A DNA stretch of 45,430 nucleotides from contig JAFZRM010000030.1 in the NCBI GenBank assembly GCA_017619885.1, forward strand, positions 1 through 45,430, in the 5' to 3' direction. This document shows positions 33,511 through 41,669 of this stretch, one piece after another; within the stretch, counting starts at the first letter, position 1; each line of letters opens with the position of its first letter. The translations under genes were made by a program, and so were the position numbers. This DNA comes from Clostridia bacterium. GTDB taxonomy: Bacteria > Bacillota > Clostridia > Oscillospirales > CAG-272. The notes beneath the pieces are model-generated. The model was not told the origin of the DNA and made no database searches. It was given only the letters and a program-made list of their open reading frames with translations.

Positions 33511-35376
33511 ATGATATCAGCAACTTTAAAACAGCGTTTTATTAAGATCATATCCGTATTTCTGCTGCTATACCTGTGCGCGCCGGTCTTAGCCGGATGC
33601 GGCGGCGACACGGAGATGACGGAGGCGGGACCGGCAGACATCACCACCGTCACGGTAACGGATACCAAAGAGATCACGACGGGCACCGAAGCGGCGGCGA
33701 CGGATACGGAACCGGCGGCGACCGATACGCAGACCGACGCTGACGGTACGGCCGCCGCGCCCGACACCGAATCTGCCGCAACGGAGCCGGTCACGACGGA
33801 AGAGCAGACGACAGAGCCGGAAATGACGGCGCCCGAAACGACCGAGCCGGAAACCACCGCGCCTGAGACCACCGCGCCGGAAACGACGGAGCCGGTGACG
33901 ACGGAGCCCGAGACTACGGCGCCGGCGCCGCTCGAGCCGCTCGACGTGATAAAGGTCGGCGCGGACAACGCCGCGGATCTGCTTAAGTTTTTCAGCCGCG
34001 AGCGCTACTGCAAAGCCGAGGCGGCGGACGACGAGTCCGAGGGTAAAGCGATCCGCATAACGACGCGGGGCGTGATCTCGGCAAATACCGCGTGCCCGGT
34101 CATATACTTCGACTATAAGGGATACTGCGCCTCGGTCGGGAAAGCGAACGTGAACGTCGCCGAGGCGCCGTTCGTCGTCCTCAAGGTCAGACTTGTCGAC
34201 GCGCACGACCGCAGATTCGGGCTTCTCGGCCTGGCCGAGCCCGGCGAATCCGCCGCGACGCGCACCGAGATATACACGGTCGTCCCGTCATCGGGAAAAT
34301 GGAGCTACATCTGCTTCGACTTCTCGAAGGCGACCCGCCCGGACGACATCGGCACGTTCCGCATCGATTTTGAGCAGAACGCCGGCGGAAACGGCGAGAG
34401 CGTGCTCATCAGCGAGATCCGCGTCTGCACGAAGGCCGAGGCGGAAAAGCTCGTGACGCCCGACGTATACCCGATACTGGACCAGACGACGATCCGTCTG
34501 CTGCAGTTCAATATACAGACCGAAAACGGCAACAACGCGCCGTTCATCGTCAGAGCCGAGCTTTACCGCCGGCTCCTTGACGAGCTGATGCCCGACGTCG
34601 TCGGCATGGAGGAGGTCACCACGACCTGGCGCAAGTGGCTTGACGAATACGTATTCAACGATTCGTACGCGTCCGTGGGCGAGCCGCGTTCCGCCGGCGG
34701 CGAGGCGAACCCGATCTACTATCGCAAGGACAAATACGAGCTCGTCGACAGCGGCACGTTCTGGCTGTCGGACACGCCGGACAAGGTCGGCTCGCTGACG
34801 TCCGTCGTCGTTGAAGAAAAGGAATACAAGTCAAATTATCCGAGGATCTGCACCTGGGCGGTCCTGCGCGACAAGGCGACCGGGACCCGGTTCATCCACA
34901 TGAACACGCATCTCGACCACAACGGCAACAACAGCTCCTCGGTCGGCAACAACATAAGAAAAGCCCAGATAAAAGTCATCATCAAGTTCGCGCAGAAATA
35001 CAAGGATATGCCGATGTTCTTATCCGGCGACCTCAACAACCGCCGCACCACGGGCGAGGGCAAGACGTACGCGCTTATAAAGATGATCAGCGGACAGAGC
35101 GTGATCAAAGAGGAGGACGGCACGACTTATTCGATCGCGCTCTCCGACTCGCGCCTCGACGCGCCGGTGACGGTCGACGAGAACCATACCGCGACGATGA
35201 CGAAATACTACGACGAGTCGAGCTCCGCGTACGAGCCGACGCGCGAACCGATCGACTACGTGTTCTACAACAAGGAAAACACCGACGCGCTGACGTACGA
35301 AACGTTCCTTATCTCACGCGACGGGCTGTGGATCTCAGACCATCTGCCGGTGTTCACGACGTTCAGGCTCAAATAA
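33511..35376 (+). CDS. lipoprotein with Thr/Glu/Pro linker and C-terminal endonuclease/exonuclease/phosphatase (EEP) domain
   Basis: Lipobox LAGC after the signal. TEPETTAPETT repeats. EEP strings LLQFNIQTENG, HMNTHLDH, SDHLPVFTTF. Confidence 0.85.
   Translation: MISATLKQRFIKIISVFLLLYLCAPVLAGCGGDTEMTEAGPADITTVTVTDTKEITTGTEAAATDTEPAATDTQTDADGTAAAPDTESAATEPVTTEEQTTEPEMTAPETTEPETTAPETTAPETTEPVTTEPETTAPAPLEPLDVIKVGADNAADLLKFFSRERYCKAEAADDESEGKAIRITTRGVISANTACPVIYFDYKGYCASVGKANVNVAEAPFVVLKVRLVDAHDRRFGLLGLAEPGESAATRTEIYTVVPSSGKWSYICFDFSKATRPDDIGTFRIDFEQNAGGNGESVLISEIRVCTKAEAEKLVTPDVYPILDQTTIRLLQFNIQTENGNNAPFIVRAELYRRLLDELMPDVVGMEEVTTTWRKWLDEYVFNDSYASVGEPRSAGGEANPIYYRKDKYELVDSGTFWLSDTPDKVGSLTSVVVEEKEYKSNYPRICTWAVLRDKATGTRFIHMNTHLDHNGNNSSSVGNNIRKAQIKVIIKFAQKYKDMPMFLSGDLNNRRTTGEGKTYALIKMISGQSVIKEEDGTTYSIALSDSRLDAPVTVDENHTATMTKYYDESSSAYEPTREPIDYVFYNKENTDALTYETFLISRDGLWISDHLPVFTTFRLK
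33781..33930 (+). repeat. coding 15-nt-period repeats (ETTEP/ETTAP linker)
   Basis: TEPEMTAPETTEPETTAPETTAPETTEPVTTEPETTAP. The same linker type is encoded on the minus strand at about 42850-43000. Confidence 0.8.
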
Positions 35377-35391
35377 TATCCGAACTTCAAC

Positions 35392-35431
35392 AGAAAAGCG
35401 GGCTGAAAACCCGCTTTTCTGTTTTGTTTTT
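35392..35431. terminator. terminator between convergent EEP-lipoprotein gene and pncB
   Basis: AGAAAAGCGGG-7 nt-CCCGCTTTTCT followed by GTTTTGTTTTTT. Confidence 0.8.
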
Positions 35432-36628
35432 TCAGCGCTTTTCCCTGTTGATCCTGAACTTCACGGCGCTCTTCAGATATTCGAGATATCCCTCGTCGCT
35501 GCACATCGCCTTGCCGACGTCGTCGGACAGCTTCGCGACGGGTCTGCCGTTGACGTACTGGAGCTTGATTATGATGTTAAGCGCTCTCTCGCACGTGTCG
35601 TTCGATACGAAGGTGCCGATACCGAAAGATACTTTCGTTTTGTTGCAGAAATACTCGTGCAGCTTCTGCGCGCGGTCGAAATCGAGGCTGTCGCTGAACA
35701 GCAGCAGCTTCGTCTTCGGGTCGACGCCGTAGCTCTCGTAATGGCGGATTATCTTCTCGCCCCATACGTACGGGTCGCCGCTGTCGTGGCGGACGCCGGT
35801 GTAGTTGTTTACCATCGAGCGGTCGAAATCGAGCAGGAACAGGTCGGTCGTGATCGTGTCGGTCAGCGCCGTTCCGTTATCGCCCTTGTACTCGTTATAC
35901 CAGTCCTGCATCGCGTAGTGATTCGTGTAGGAGAGCGGGATAGAGTCGATGCCCTGATACATCTGCACGAATTCGTGCGCGTACGTTCCGATCGGCGTCA
36001 CGTTGTATTTCATCGCGAGATATACGTTCGAGGTACCGACGCAGTTCTTCGTCTCGGCGCAGAAGCGGCGCACGACGACGTCCTCCCATTCGCGCGAAAG
36101 ACGCCTGCGGCAGCCGAATTCGGCGAACTTGAACGTGTATTTGCCCTCGTTGAACGCCTTTATCTTGGCGTTGAGGCGCTCCTCGGCGGAAGCCCTCAGC
36201 GTTTCGTAATCGTATTTCATGCGGAAATACACTTCGTTTATTATCTCGAGCAGATATATCTCGAACTGCATCGCCGAGAAAAGCGGGCCGTCGACCACGA
36301 CGGAAAGCTCACCCGAATCGAGCAGCTTCACCGTCACGTAATCCCTGATGGGATGCCAGAGACGCAGAAATTCCACGTAGTCGGCCTTGATGAATCTGAT
36401 CGAGCGCAGATATTCAAGCTCTTCCTTTCTGAACCGCAGCGTGCAGAGATGATCGACCTGCGCGTTGATCTCGTCCGCCATCTCCTGCGTAAACACGACG
36501 TCCTTGTTGCGGCATCTGAAATAATACTGACCGCAAAGGTCAGTGTGTTTGTGGAAGATCACCTGATCCATGTTGAATTTGTAAAGGTCGGTATCGAGCA
36601 GCGATACCACGATGGGCTCAAGCTTCAT
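35432..36628 (-). CDS. pncB: nicotinate phosphoribosyltransferase
   Basis: SLLDTDLYKFNMDQVIFHK, GTYAHEF and DSGDP motifs. GGAGG SD upstream of the ATG at 36628. Confidence 0.9.
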   Translation of the reverse strand: MKLEPIVVSLLDTDLYKFNMDQVIFHKHTDLCGQYYFRCRNKDVVFTQEMADEINAQVDHLCTLRFRKEELEYLRSIRFIKADYVEFLRLWHPIRDYVTVKLLDSGELSVVVDGPLFSAMQFEIYLLEIINEVYFRMKYDYETLRASAEERLNAKIKAFNEGKYTFKFAEFGCRRRLSREWEDVVVRRFCAETKNCVGTSNVYLAMKYNVTPIGTYAHEFVQMYQGIDSIPLSYTNHYAMQDWYNEYKGDNGTALTDTITTDLFLLDFDRSMVNNYTGVRHDSGDPYVWGEKIIRHYESYGVDPKTKLLLFSDSLDFDRAQKLHEYFCNKTKVSFGIGTFVSNDTCERALNIIIKLQYVNGRPVAKLSDDVGKAMCSDEGYLEYLKSAVKFRINREKR

Positions 36629-36688
36629 TTTGCACCTCCGGTAAAATGACGTCACTCGCCGTTTTTCGATTTAATTTGTCGTATCCTA

Positions 36689-36717
36689 TTGACAAATCAG
36701 ACGACGGGTGATATAAT
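36689..36717 (+). promoter_or_regulatory. consensus sigma-70 promoter
   Basis: TTGACA-17 nt-TATAAT, about 120 nt upstream of the ATG at 36841. Confidence 0.55.
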
Positions 36718-36840
36718 AAAATTCAGATATTTATTATCGTTATTCGATAATCCGCGCTCGGCCGCGGCAGCTCGTCCGCGCCGTGTGCGCTGATTATATT
36801 ATACACAAAATAAAGGATTTGTCAATACCGGAGCGGCCAT

Positions 36841-37887
36841 ATGTTGAAAAACAGCTACGATACAGTAATAATCGGCGCGGGTCCCGCGGGGCTTTCCTGC
36901 GCCATGCAGCTTAAAAGGCTCGGGGCAAGCGACCTACTCGTCGCGGAGCGCTGCGAATTCCCGCGCGACAAGTGCTGCGCCGGATACATAACGAACAAGA
37001 CGAAAAAGGCGTTTGAAGATTTCGGGCTCGACGTCGGCGGCTGCGGCTACACGCTGATAGACGATTTCAGGCTCATTTACAAAAACCGCGAAAAACAGAA
37101 GATAAAAAACAGATTCCTCTACACCGGGCCGCGGATAAACCGTGTTGAGCTCGACGACGCGTTCTTCCGGCTCGCCGTGAACAATGGCATTTCAGTAGCC
37201 GAAAAGACGGCGGTGATATCGCACGACGCCGACGCACACACCGTGACGTTTTCGGGCGGCGTGACCGTATCATACAAACATATCGTATTCGCCGACGGCA
37301 CGCTCGGCTTCGGGAGCAGATATCAGGACCGTCGCCGCCGCAACATCGCGATGCAGCTGATATTTCCGACAAACCGCGAAAACGGCATAAACATAATCTT
37401 TGGCGCCTCTCCGAAGGGCTATGGCTGGCAGAGCACGTACAACGGCCTGTGCAATATAGGGCTGACCGATTACTACGATAAAAACAGGGATTACCGGGCG
37501 CTGTTTGAAGGATACATGAAGTCGCTCGGGATCGAGACCGACGTCTCCGGACTTTACGCGGCGTTCACTCCGGCGAGCGTCGGCAAGCCCGTGATCGGCG
37601 ACGTTTACTTCGTCGGCGACGCGCTCGGCGCGTGCGATCCGCTGACGCTTTCCGGTCTGCGCTACGGTGTCGGCAGCGGCAAGGCGGCCGCCCAAGCGAT
37701 CGCGGCGTCGGACCCGAAGATTCTATACCGTTACGCCGCCGCCATGCGCTTCAAGTTCGCGATCTCGTCGGCTTTGATGCGGGTCTTCTATCTGCGTCCG
37801 GTACAGTTCCTCGTCTTCAACGTCGGCTGTACGGTGCTCCGCCCGTTCGTTACGTTCGCGTTCAACAGGTTTTTGTGCCGCAAATAG
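36841..37887 (+). CDS. FAD-dependent oxidoreductase (geranylgeranyl-reductase-like family)
   Basis: YDTVIIGAGPAGLSCAMQLKRLG dinucleotide-binding opening. FVGDALG late motif. The gene ends in TAG. Confidence 0.75.
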   Translation: MLKNSYDTVIIGAGPAGLSCAMQLKRLGASDLLVAERCEFPRDKCCAGYITNKTKKAFEDFGLDVGGCGYTLIDDFRLIYKNREKQKIKNRFLYTGPRINRVELDDAFFRLAVNNGISVAEKTAVISHDADAHTVTFSGGVTVSYKHIVFADGTLGFGSRYQDRRRRNIAMQLIFPTNRENGINIIFGASPKGYGWQSTYNGLCNIGLTDYYDKNRDYRALFEGYMKSLGIETDVSGLYAAFTPASVGKPVIGDVYFVGDALGACDPLTLSGLRYGVGSGKAAAQAIAASDPKILYRYAAAMRFKFAISSALMRVFYLRPVQFLVFNVGCTVLRPFVTFAFNRFLCRK

Positions 37888-37904
37888 CATTTTGGAAAAA
37901 CCTC

Positions 37905-37933
37905 TTGCATTTTCGTCTTCTTTGTGATATAAT
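37905..37933 (+). promoter_or_regulatory. sigma-70 promoter with extended -10
   Basis: TTGCAT-17 nt-(TGa)TATAAT. Confidence 0.55.
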
Positions 37934-37960
37934 GAGACATCTTTTTAACAGGAGTTTTTT

Positions 37961-39295
37961 ATGAGCAAAGAAGGCAAGCAGAAACCCAGCCTGCAGCAGA
38001 AGCTTGAAAAGCGCAAATTCAGGATACCGAGCCGCACGGTGACCGGGCTTTACAACGCCATCGGTTCGACCGTGCTTTTACCGAAATACGCGCCTCATTT
38101 TTCATCCGAAGTTGACATAAACGACCGCGAGGGAGCCTGCTTTCTCGTCTGGAACCATCTTTCGCGCCTCGACCATCTTTACACGATGAAGCTCGTGTAT
38201 CCGGGCAGATACAACATGGTCGCCGGATACAGCGAATTTTTCAGATCGCACCTTCATACGGTATTCAGACTCAACTGCATACTGCCGAAAAAGGTCTACA
38301 CGCAGGACCGCCTCGGCATCAAAGCGATAAACTCGATCATCAAACAGGGCGGTATCGTAACGTTTTCGCCCGAGGGCATGAGCTCGATCTACGGCACGAA
38401 CCAGCCCGTGGTCCCCGGCTCCGGCCATTTCCTGAAGCACTACGGCATCCCGGTTTACTGCGTGCGCATGCGCGGACAGTATCTGACGAGCACGAAGCAC
38501 TATCTTGAAGAGCGCAAGGGGCGCACGGAAGCGCATCTGTTCCTGCTCTTCACGCCCGAACAGCTCAAAAGCATGACCGACGAGGAAGTCGAGGACGCGT
38601 TAAACGAAGAATTCCGCCACGACGAATTCGAGTGGACGTACGAGCGCGGCATCAAATGGGAGATGCACGGGCGCAGCTGCGAGCATCTCGACGAGATCTG
38701 CTACCGCTGCCCGAAATGCGGAGCGGAGCTTTCAATGGAAGCCGAAGGCGACAGCATAAGATGCAAGGTCTGCTCCAACGGCGCCATGATGAACGACAAA
38801 TATGAATTCATCCCGTTCAACGGCTCCTGCGTCATACCGCGCTCGCCCTCTCAGTGGGTGCTCGACGAGCGCGCCGCTGTGATAAAGCAGATAAGAGAAG
38901 ATCCGGAATTCTCTTTCTCCGAGCACGTCACGCTCGGATATCTGCCGCCCGACAAATACGTGAACAAGATGAAGACGAGCGAGCCGTGCGGCGACGGCGT
39001 CTTCACGATTGACCATAAAGGGCTGCGCTTCGAGGGTACGAAGAACGGCGAACCGTTCTCGTTCGAGCTCGGATATTCCACGATCTACTCGCTCGCCATT
39101 ATGACGAGCACGGCGAGATTCTCGCTGTATATAAACGGCGCGTTCTACGAATTCACGCCCGACCGCCGCAGCGTCGGCAAGATGCTGCTGCTGACCGAGG
39201 AGATGCACCGGTATCACTACAACTCCTGGCGCAACTTCAAATGGTACGACTATCTGTACGAGGGCGTACGGCTCGGCATCGACCGTGAACAATAA
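37961..39295 (+). CDS. PlsC-family (lysophospholipid) acyltransferase with embedded 4-Cys zinc ribbon and C-terminal extension (444 aa)
   Basis: VWNHLSRLDHLY (HxxxxD), FSPEG block, CYRCPKCGAELS...CKVCSNG. AGGAG SD. Confidence 0.8.
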   Translation: MSKEGKQKPSLQQKLEKRKFRIPSRTVTGLYNAIGSTVLLPKYAPHFSSEVDINDREGACFLVWNHLSRLDHLYTMKLVYPGRYNMVAGYSEFFRSHLHTVFRLNCILPKKVYTQDRLGIKAINSIIKQGGIVTFSPEGMSSIYGTNQPVVPGSGHFLKHYGIPVYCVRMRGQYLTSTKHYLEERKGRTEAHLFLLFTPEQLKSMTDEEVEDALNEEFRHDEFEWTYERGIKWEMHGRSCEHLDEICYRCPKCGAELSMEAEGDSIRCKVCSNGAMMNDKYEFIPFNGSCVIPRSPSQWVLDERAAVIKQIREDPEFSFSEHVTLGYLPPDKYVNKMKTSEPCGDGVFTIDHKGLRFEGTKNGEPFSFELGYSTIYSLAIMTSTARFSLYINGAFYEFTPDRRSVGKMLLLTEEMHRYHYNSWRNFKWYDYLYEGVRLGIDREQ

Positions 39296-39300
39296 AAGTA

Positions 39301-39362
39301 AAAGACCGGCTGATAAGCATCGTCAGCCGGTCTTTTCTGCGGCGCATAAGCCGCTTTTTTTA
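39301..39362. terminator. tandem hairpins between convergent genes
   Basis: AAAGACCGGCTGA-9 nt-TCAGCCGGTCTTT, then GCGGC-6 nt-GCCGC followed by a T-run. Confidence 0.7.
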
Positions 39363-39578
39363 TTCTTTGTCGCCGCCTTCGGGTTTATCGGCTTCGTCTT
39401 TTATGACGATGTCGTCCTCGACCTCTTTTCCGGCGTTCTCGTCTATACCGAGCGTTTTGGACACTTTCTGCTTAGCCTTGCGGAAACGCAGGAAAAGCCA
39501 CGATCCTATACCGACGGCTACGCCCGCGATCAGCGGGATGGCGTATGAAAACGCGCTTATATCGATATATAACAGCAT
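39360..39578 (-). CDS. small single-TM protein (72 aa) with acidic tail
   Basis: AIPLIAGVAVGIGSWLFL is a TM segment. The ATG overlaps the upstream stop (TAATG). Confidence 0.55.
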   Translation of the reverse strand: MLLYIDISAFSYAIPLIAGVAVGIGSWLFLRFRKAKQKVSKTLGIDENAGKEVEDDIVIKDEADKPEGGDKE

Positions 39579-41659
39579 TACTTGTTCTCCTTCCTTTGCT
39601 TTTGCATCTCGGATAATCTTCTGAGTATATATCTGACGCCCTCGGCTCCGTTCGTGTTGTAGGAGTAGAGGTGGCAGAGCTTCAGTTCGTTTATTTTGTC
39701 GTGATATTCGGCGCTGTGCGCTATCAGATCGTCCGCGGCGGCCTTCACGCCGTCTTCAAGCTCCGACTTTTCGAGCGCGTGACCGATCTGCGGACGCAGA
39801 TAAATCTCGGCCGGCGTCTCCCCGATCTCCTGCCAGTCGGGGTTTTCGACCTTCATCTTCGTGTTCACGAAGAGCACCGGCTTTTTGGTGGCGAACGCGA
39901 ATTCATACGCGATGCCGGACCAGTCCGTGATCAGCAGGTCGGACGAGTAAATAGATTTGTTTACCGTGAAATCGAGCTCGAAGCTGAGTTTTTCCTCCGG
40001 CACGTCCTTATACTTCTCCACGAGCGCGTTAAGTTTTTCCTTGTAGCGCTTGCTGTATTCGGGATGCGGTCTGACCGTCACGTGATATTCGTCGCATATC
40101 AGGCGCGATATCAGGGTGTCGACGCAGCTGTCGAGCAGGTTGTCCTCCTGCCATGACGGCGCGATCAGTATCTCTTTTCTGCCGCCGCTCTGCTGAGGCT
40201 TCGACTCGTACGCCGCCTCGAGCTTCTCCGCGAGCGGATAACCGAATTTCACGATCGTCTTCTCCGGCAGGTTGTACCGTTTCTCGGTCGCCCTGACCTC
40301 GCGCTCCACGTGCGGTCCGGTCGCGAATATCGTGTCGAAATAATCGAGCGAGCCCTTGCGGAAGCCCATGTGTACGCTCATCATGTCGTGAGGCACGAAG
40401 ATATATTCCGTGTCGCGGCGGACAAGCGAGCGTTTGATATAATAATTCTGCAGATCCGGCGTCGTCATTATCACCATATCCGCGTCCATCCTCATCATCA
40501 CGGTGATGAGTTTTTTGATGCTCACGTAATACGGCTTGATCCTCGGCTCCGTCTCGGCTTTTTTGAATATCGCGTCGTCGGGGTCGTTCGTGATGTAGTG
40601 CACCACGAGGTTCGAGCCGGACAGCAGTCCGTCGATCAGCGCCTCATAATACTTATAGAAGCCGCTGCGCTCGCTCCAGATGACGACGTGCTTGTTCACG
40701 ATCTTGAAAAAGCGCTTGCAGTCGGCTTTTTCGCGTTTGCGGTGTTCTCTGTAATCGGCGTCCTTTTTGTTTTCCGCCCCGACCGCTTCGATCTTACGCA
40801 GCTCTTCTCTGCTTTTTTCAAGCTGTTCGTAGTCGACGTGCTTCTTCGGGTTGATCGCGGCGTTGAGCAGCAGCTGCTGTATCACCGCGAATATGTTGCC
40901 GGCGACCCAGTAAAGCGCGACGCCGGTATAAACGAAGAAGCCGAGGTACAGCGACAGTCCGACGGACAGCGCCGTCATGCCGTATTTGTTCAGTTTGCTC
41001 TGCTCCATCTGCAGTACGTTCGCTTTGTTCTGAACGTAGCAGAGCAGATAAGCGGACGCCGCGGCGACGAACGGGACGAGCGTGTACCAGCCCCAGACCT
41101 GGGACGCGACGTTGTCGAGCCTTATACCGATAAAATCGAGATCGAACGTCTTTATGAGGTTCATCGCCTCGACGACATCGACTCTGTCCGATATCGTCAT
41201 CGGGATCGTTCCGTCCTGAACGGCGCGGATTATCGCGAGCTGATCCGCCCGGTAATCAAGGTTCATATTATTGAAGCCGGCGAACAGCTTCAGGACGTCG
41301 TCGCTTATATGGAAAATATGGGTGAGCGGTTCTTTTATGATATACAGCACCGCGAACAGCAGGATTATCTGCAGCGCGAGCGGTATGATATTGATCAGCG
41401 GATTGTACTTTTCGCGCTTGTGGAGCTTGTTTTCCTCTTCAAGTATGCGGTCCTTGTCGCCGTAGTACCTGACCTTCAGGAAGTTTATCTCCGGCTGCAT
41501 CCTGACCATCTTGATCGAATTCTTGTGAACCCAGACGGAGAGCGGCAGAAGCAGCAGTTTCGTTACGAGTGTGAACAGGATTATCGCGAAGCCGTAGTTG
41601 TGTACGAGCTCCCAGCACCATTTCATCAGATACCCGAACGGGTAGCAAATATAATCCAT
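39578..41659 (-). CDS. fusion protein: N-terminal YidC/Oxa1-type membrane insertase + C-terminal CDP-glycerol glycerophosphotransferase (TagB/TagF-like) domain (693 aa)
   Basis: N-terminal part: GFAIILFTLVTKLLLLPLSVWVHKNSIKMVRMQPE...YNPL...ALYWVAGNIFAVIQQLLLN. C-terminal part: ILIAPSWQEDNL, VRPHP, SDLLITDWSGIAYEFAFATKKPVLFVN. Confidence 0.75.
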   Translation of the reverse strand: MDYICYPFGYLMKWCWELVHNYGFAIILFTLVTKLLLLPLSVWVHKNSIKMVRMQPEINFLKVRYYGDKDRILEEENKLHKREKYNPLINIIPLALQIILLFAVLYIIKEPLTHIFHISDDVLKLFAGFNNMNLDYRADQLAIIRAVQDGTIPMTISDRVDVVEAMNLIKTFDLDFIGIRLDNVASQVWGWYTLVPFVAAASAYLLCYVQNKANVLQMEQSKLNKYGMTALSVGLSLYLGFFVYTGVALYWVAGNIFAVIQQLLLNAAINPKKHVDYEQLEKSREELRKIEAVGAENKKDADYREHRKREKADCKRFFKIVNKHVVIWSERSGFYKYYEALIDGLLSGSNLVVHYITNDPDDAIFKKAETEPRIKPYYVSIKKLITVMMRMDADMVIMTTPDLQNYYIKRSLVRRDTEYIFVPHDMMSVHMGFRKGSLDYFDTIFATGPHVEREVRATEKRYNLPEKTIVKFGYPLAEKLEAAYESKPQQSGGRKEILIAPSWQEDNLLDSCVDTLISRLICDEYHVTVRPHPEYSKRYKEKLNALVEKYKDVPEEKLSFELDFTVNKSIYSSDLLITDWSGIAYEFAFATKKPVLFVNTKMKVENPDWQEIGETPAEIYLRPQIGHALEKSELEDGVKAAADDLIAHSAEYHDKINELKLCHLYSYNTNGAEGVRYILRRLSEMQKQRKENK

Positions 41660-41669
41660 TATCCGCCCC

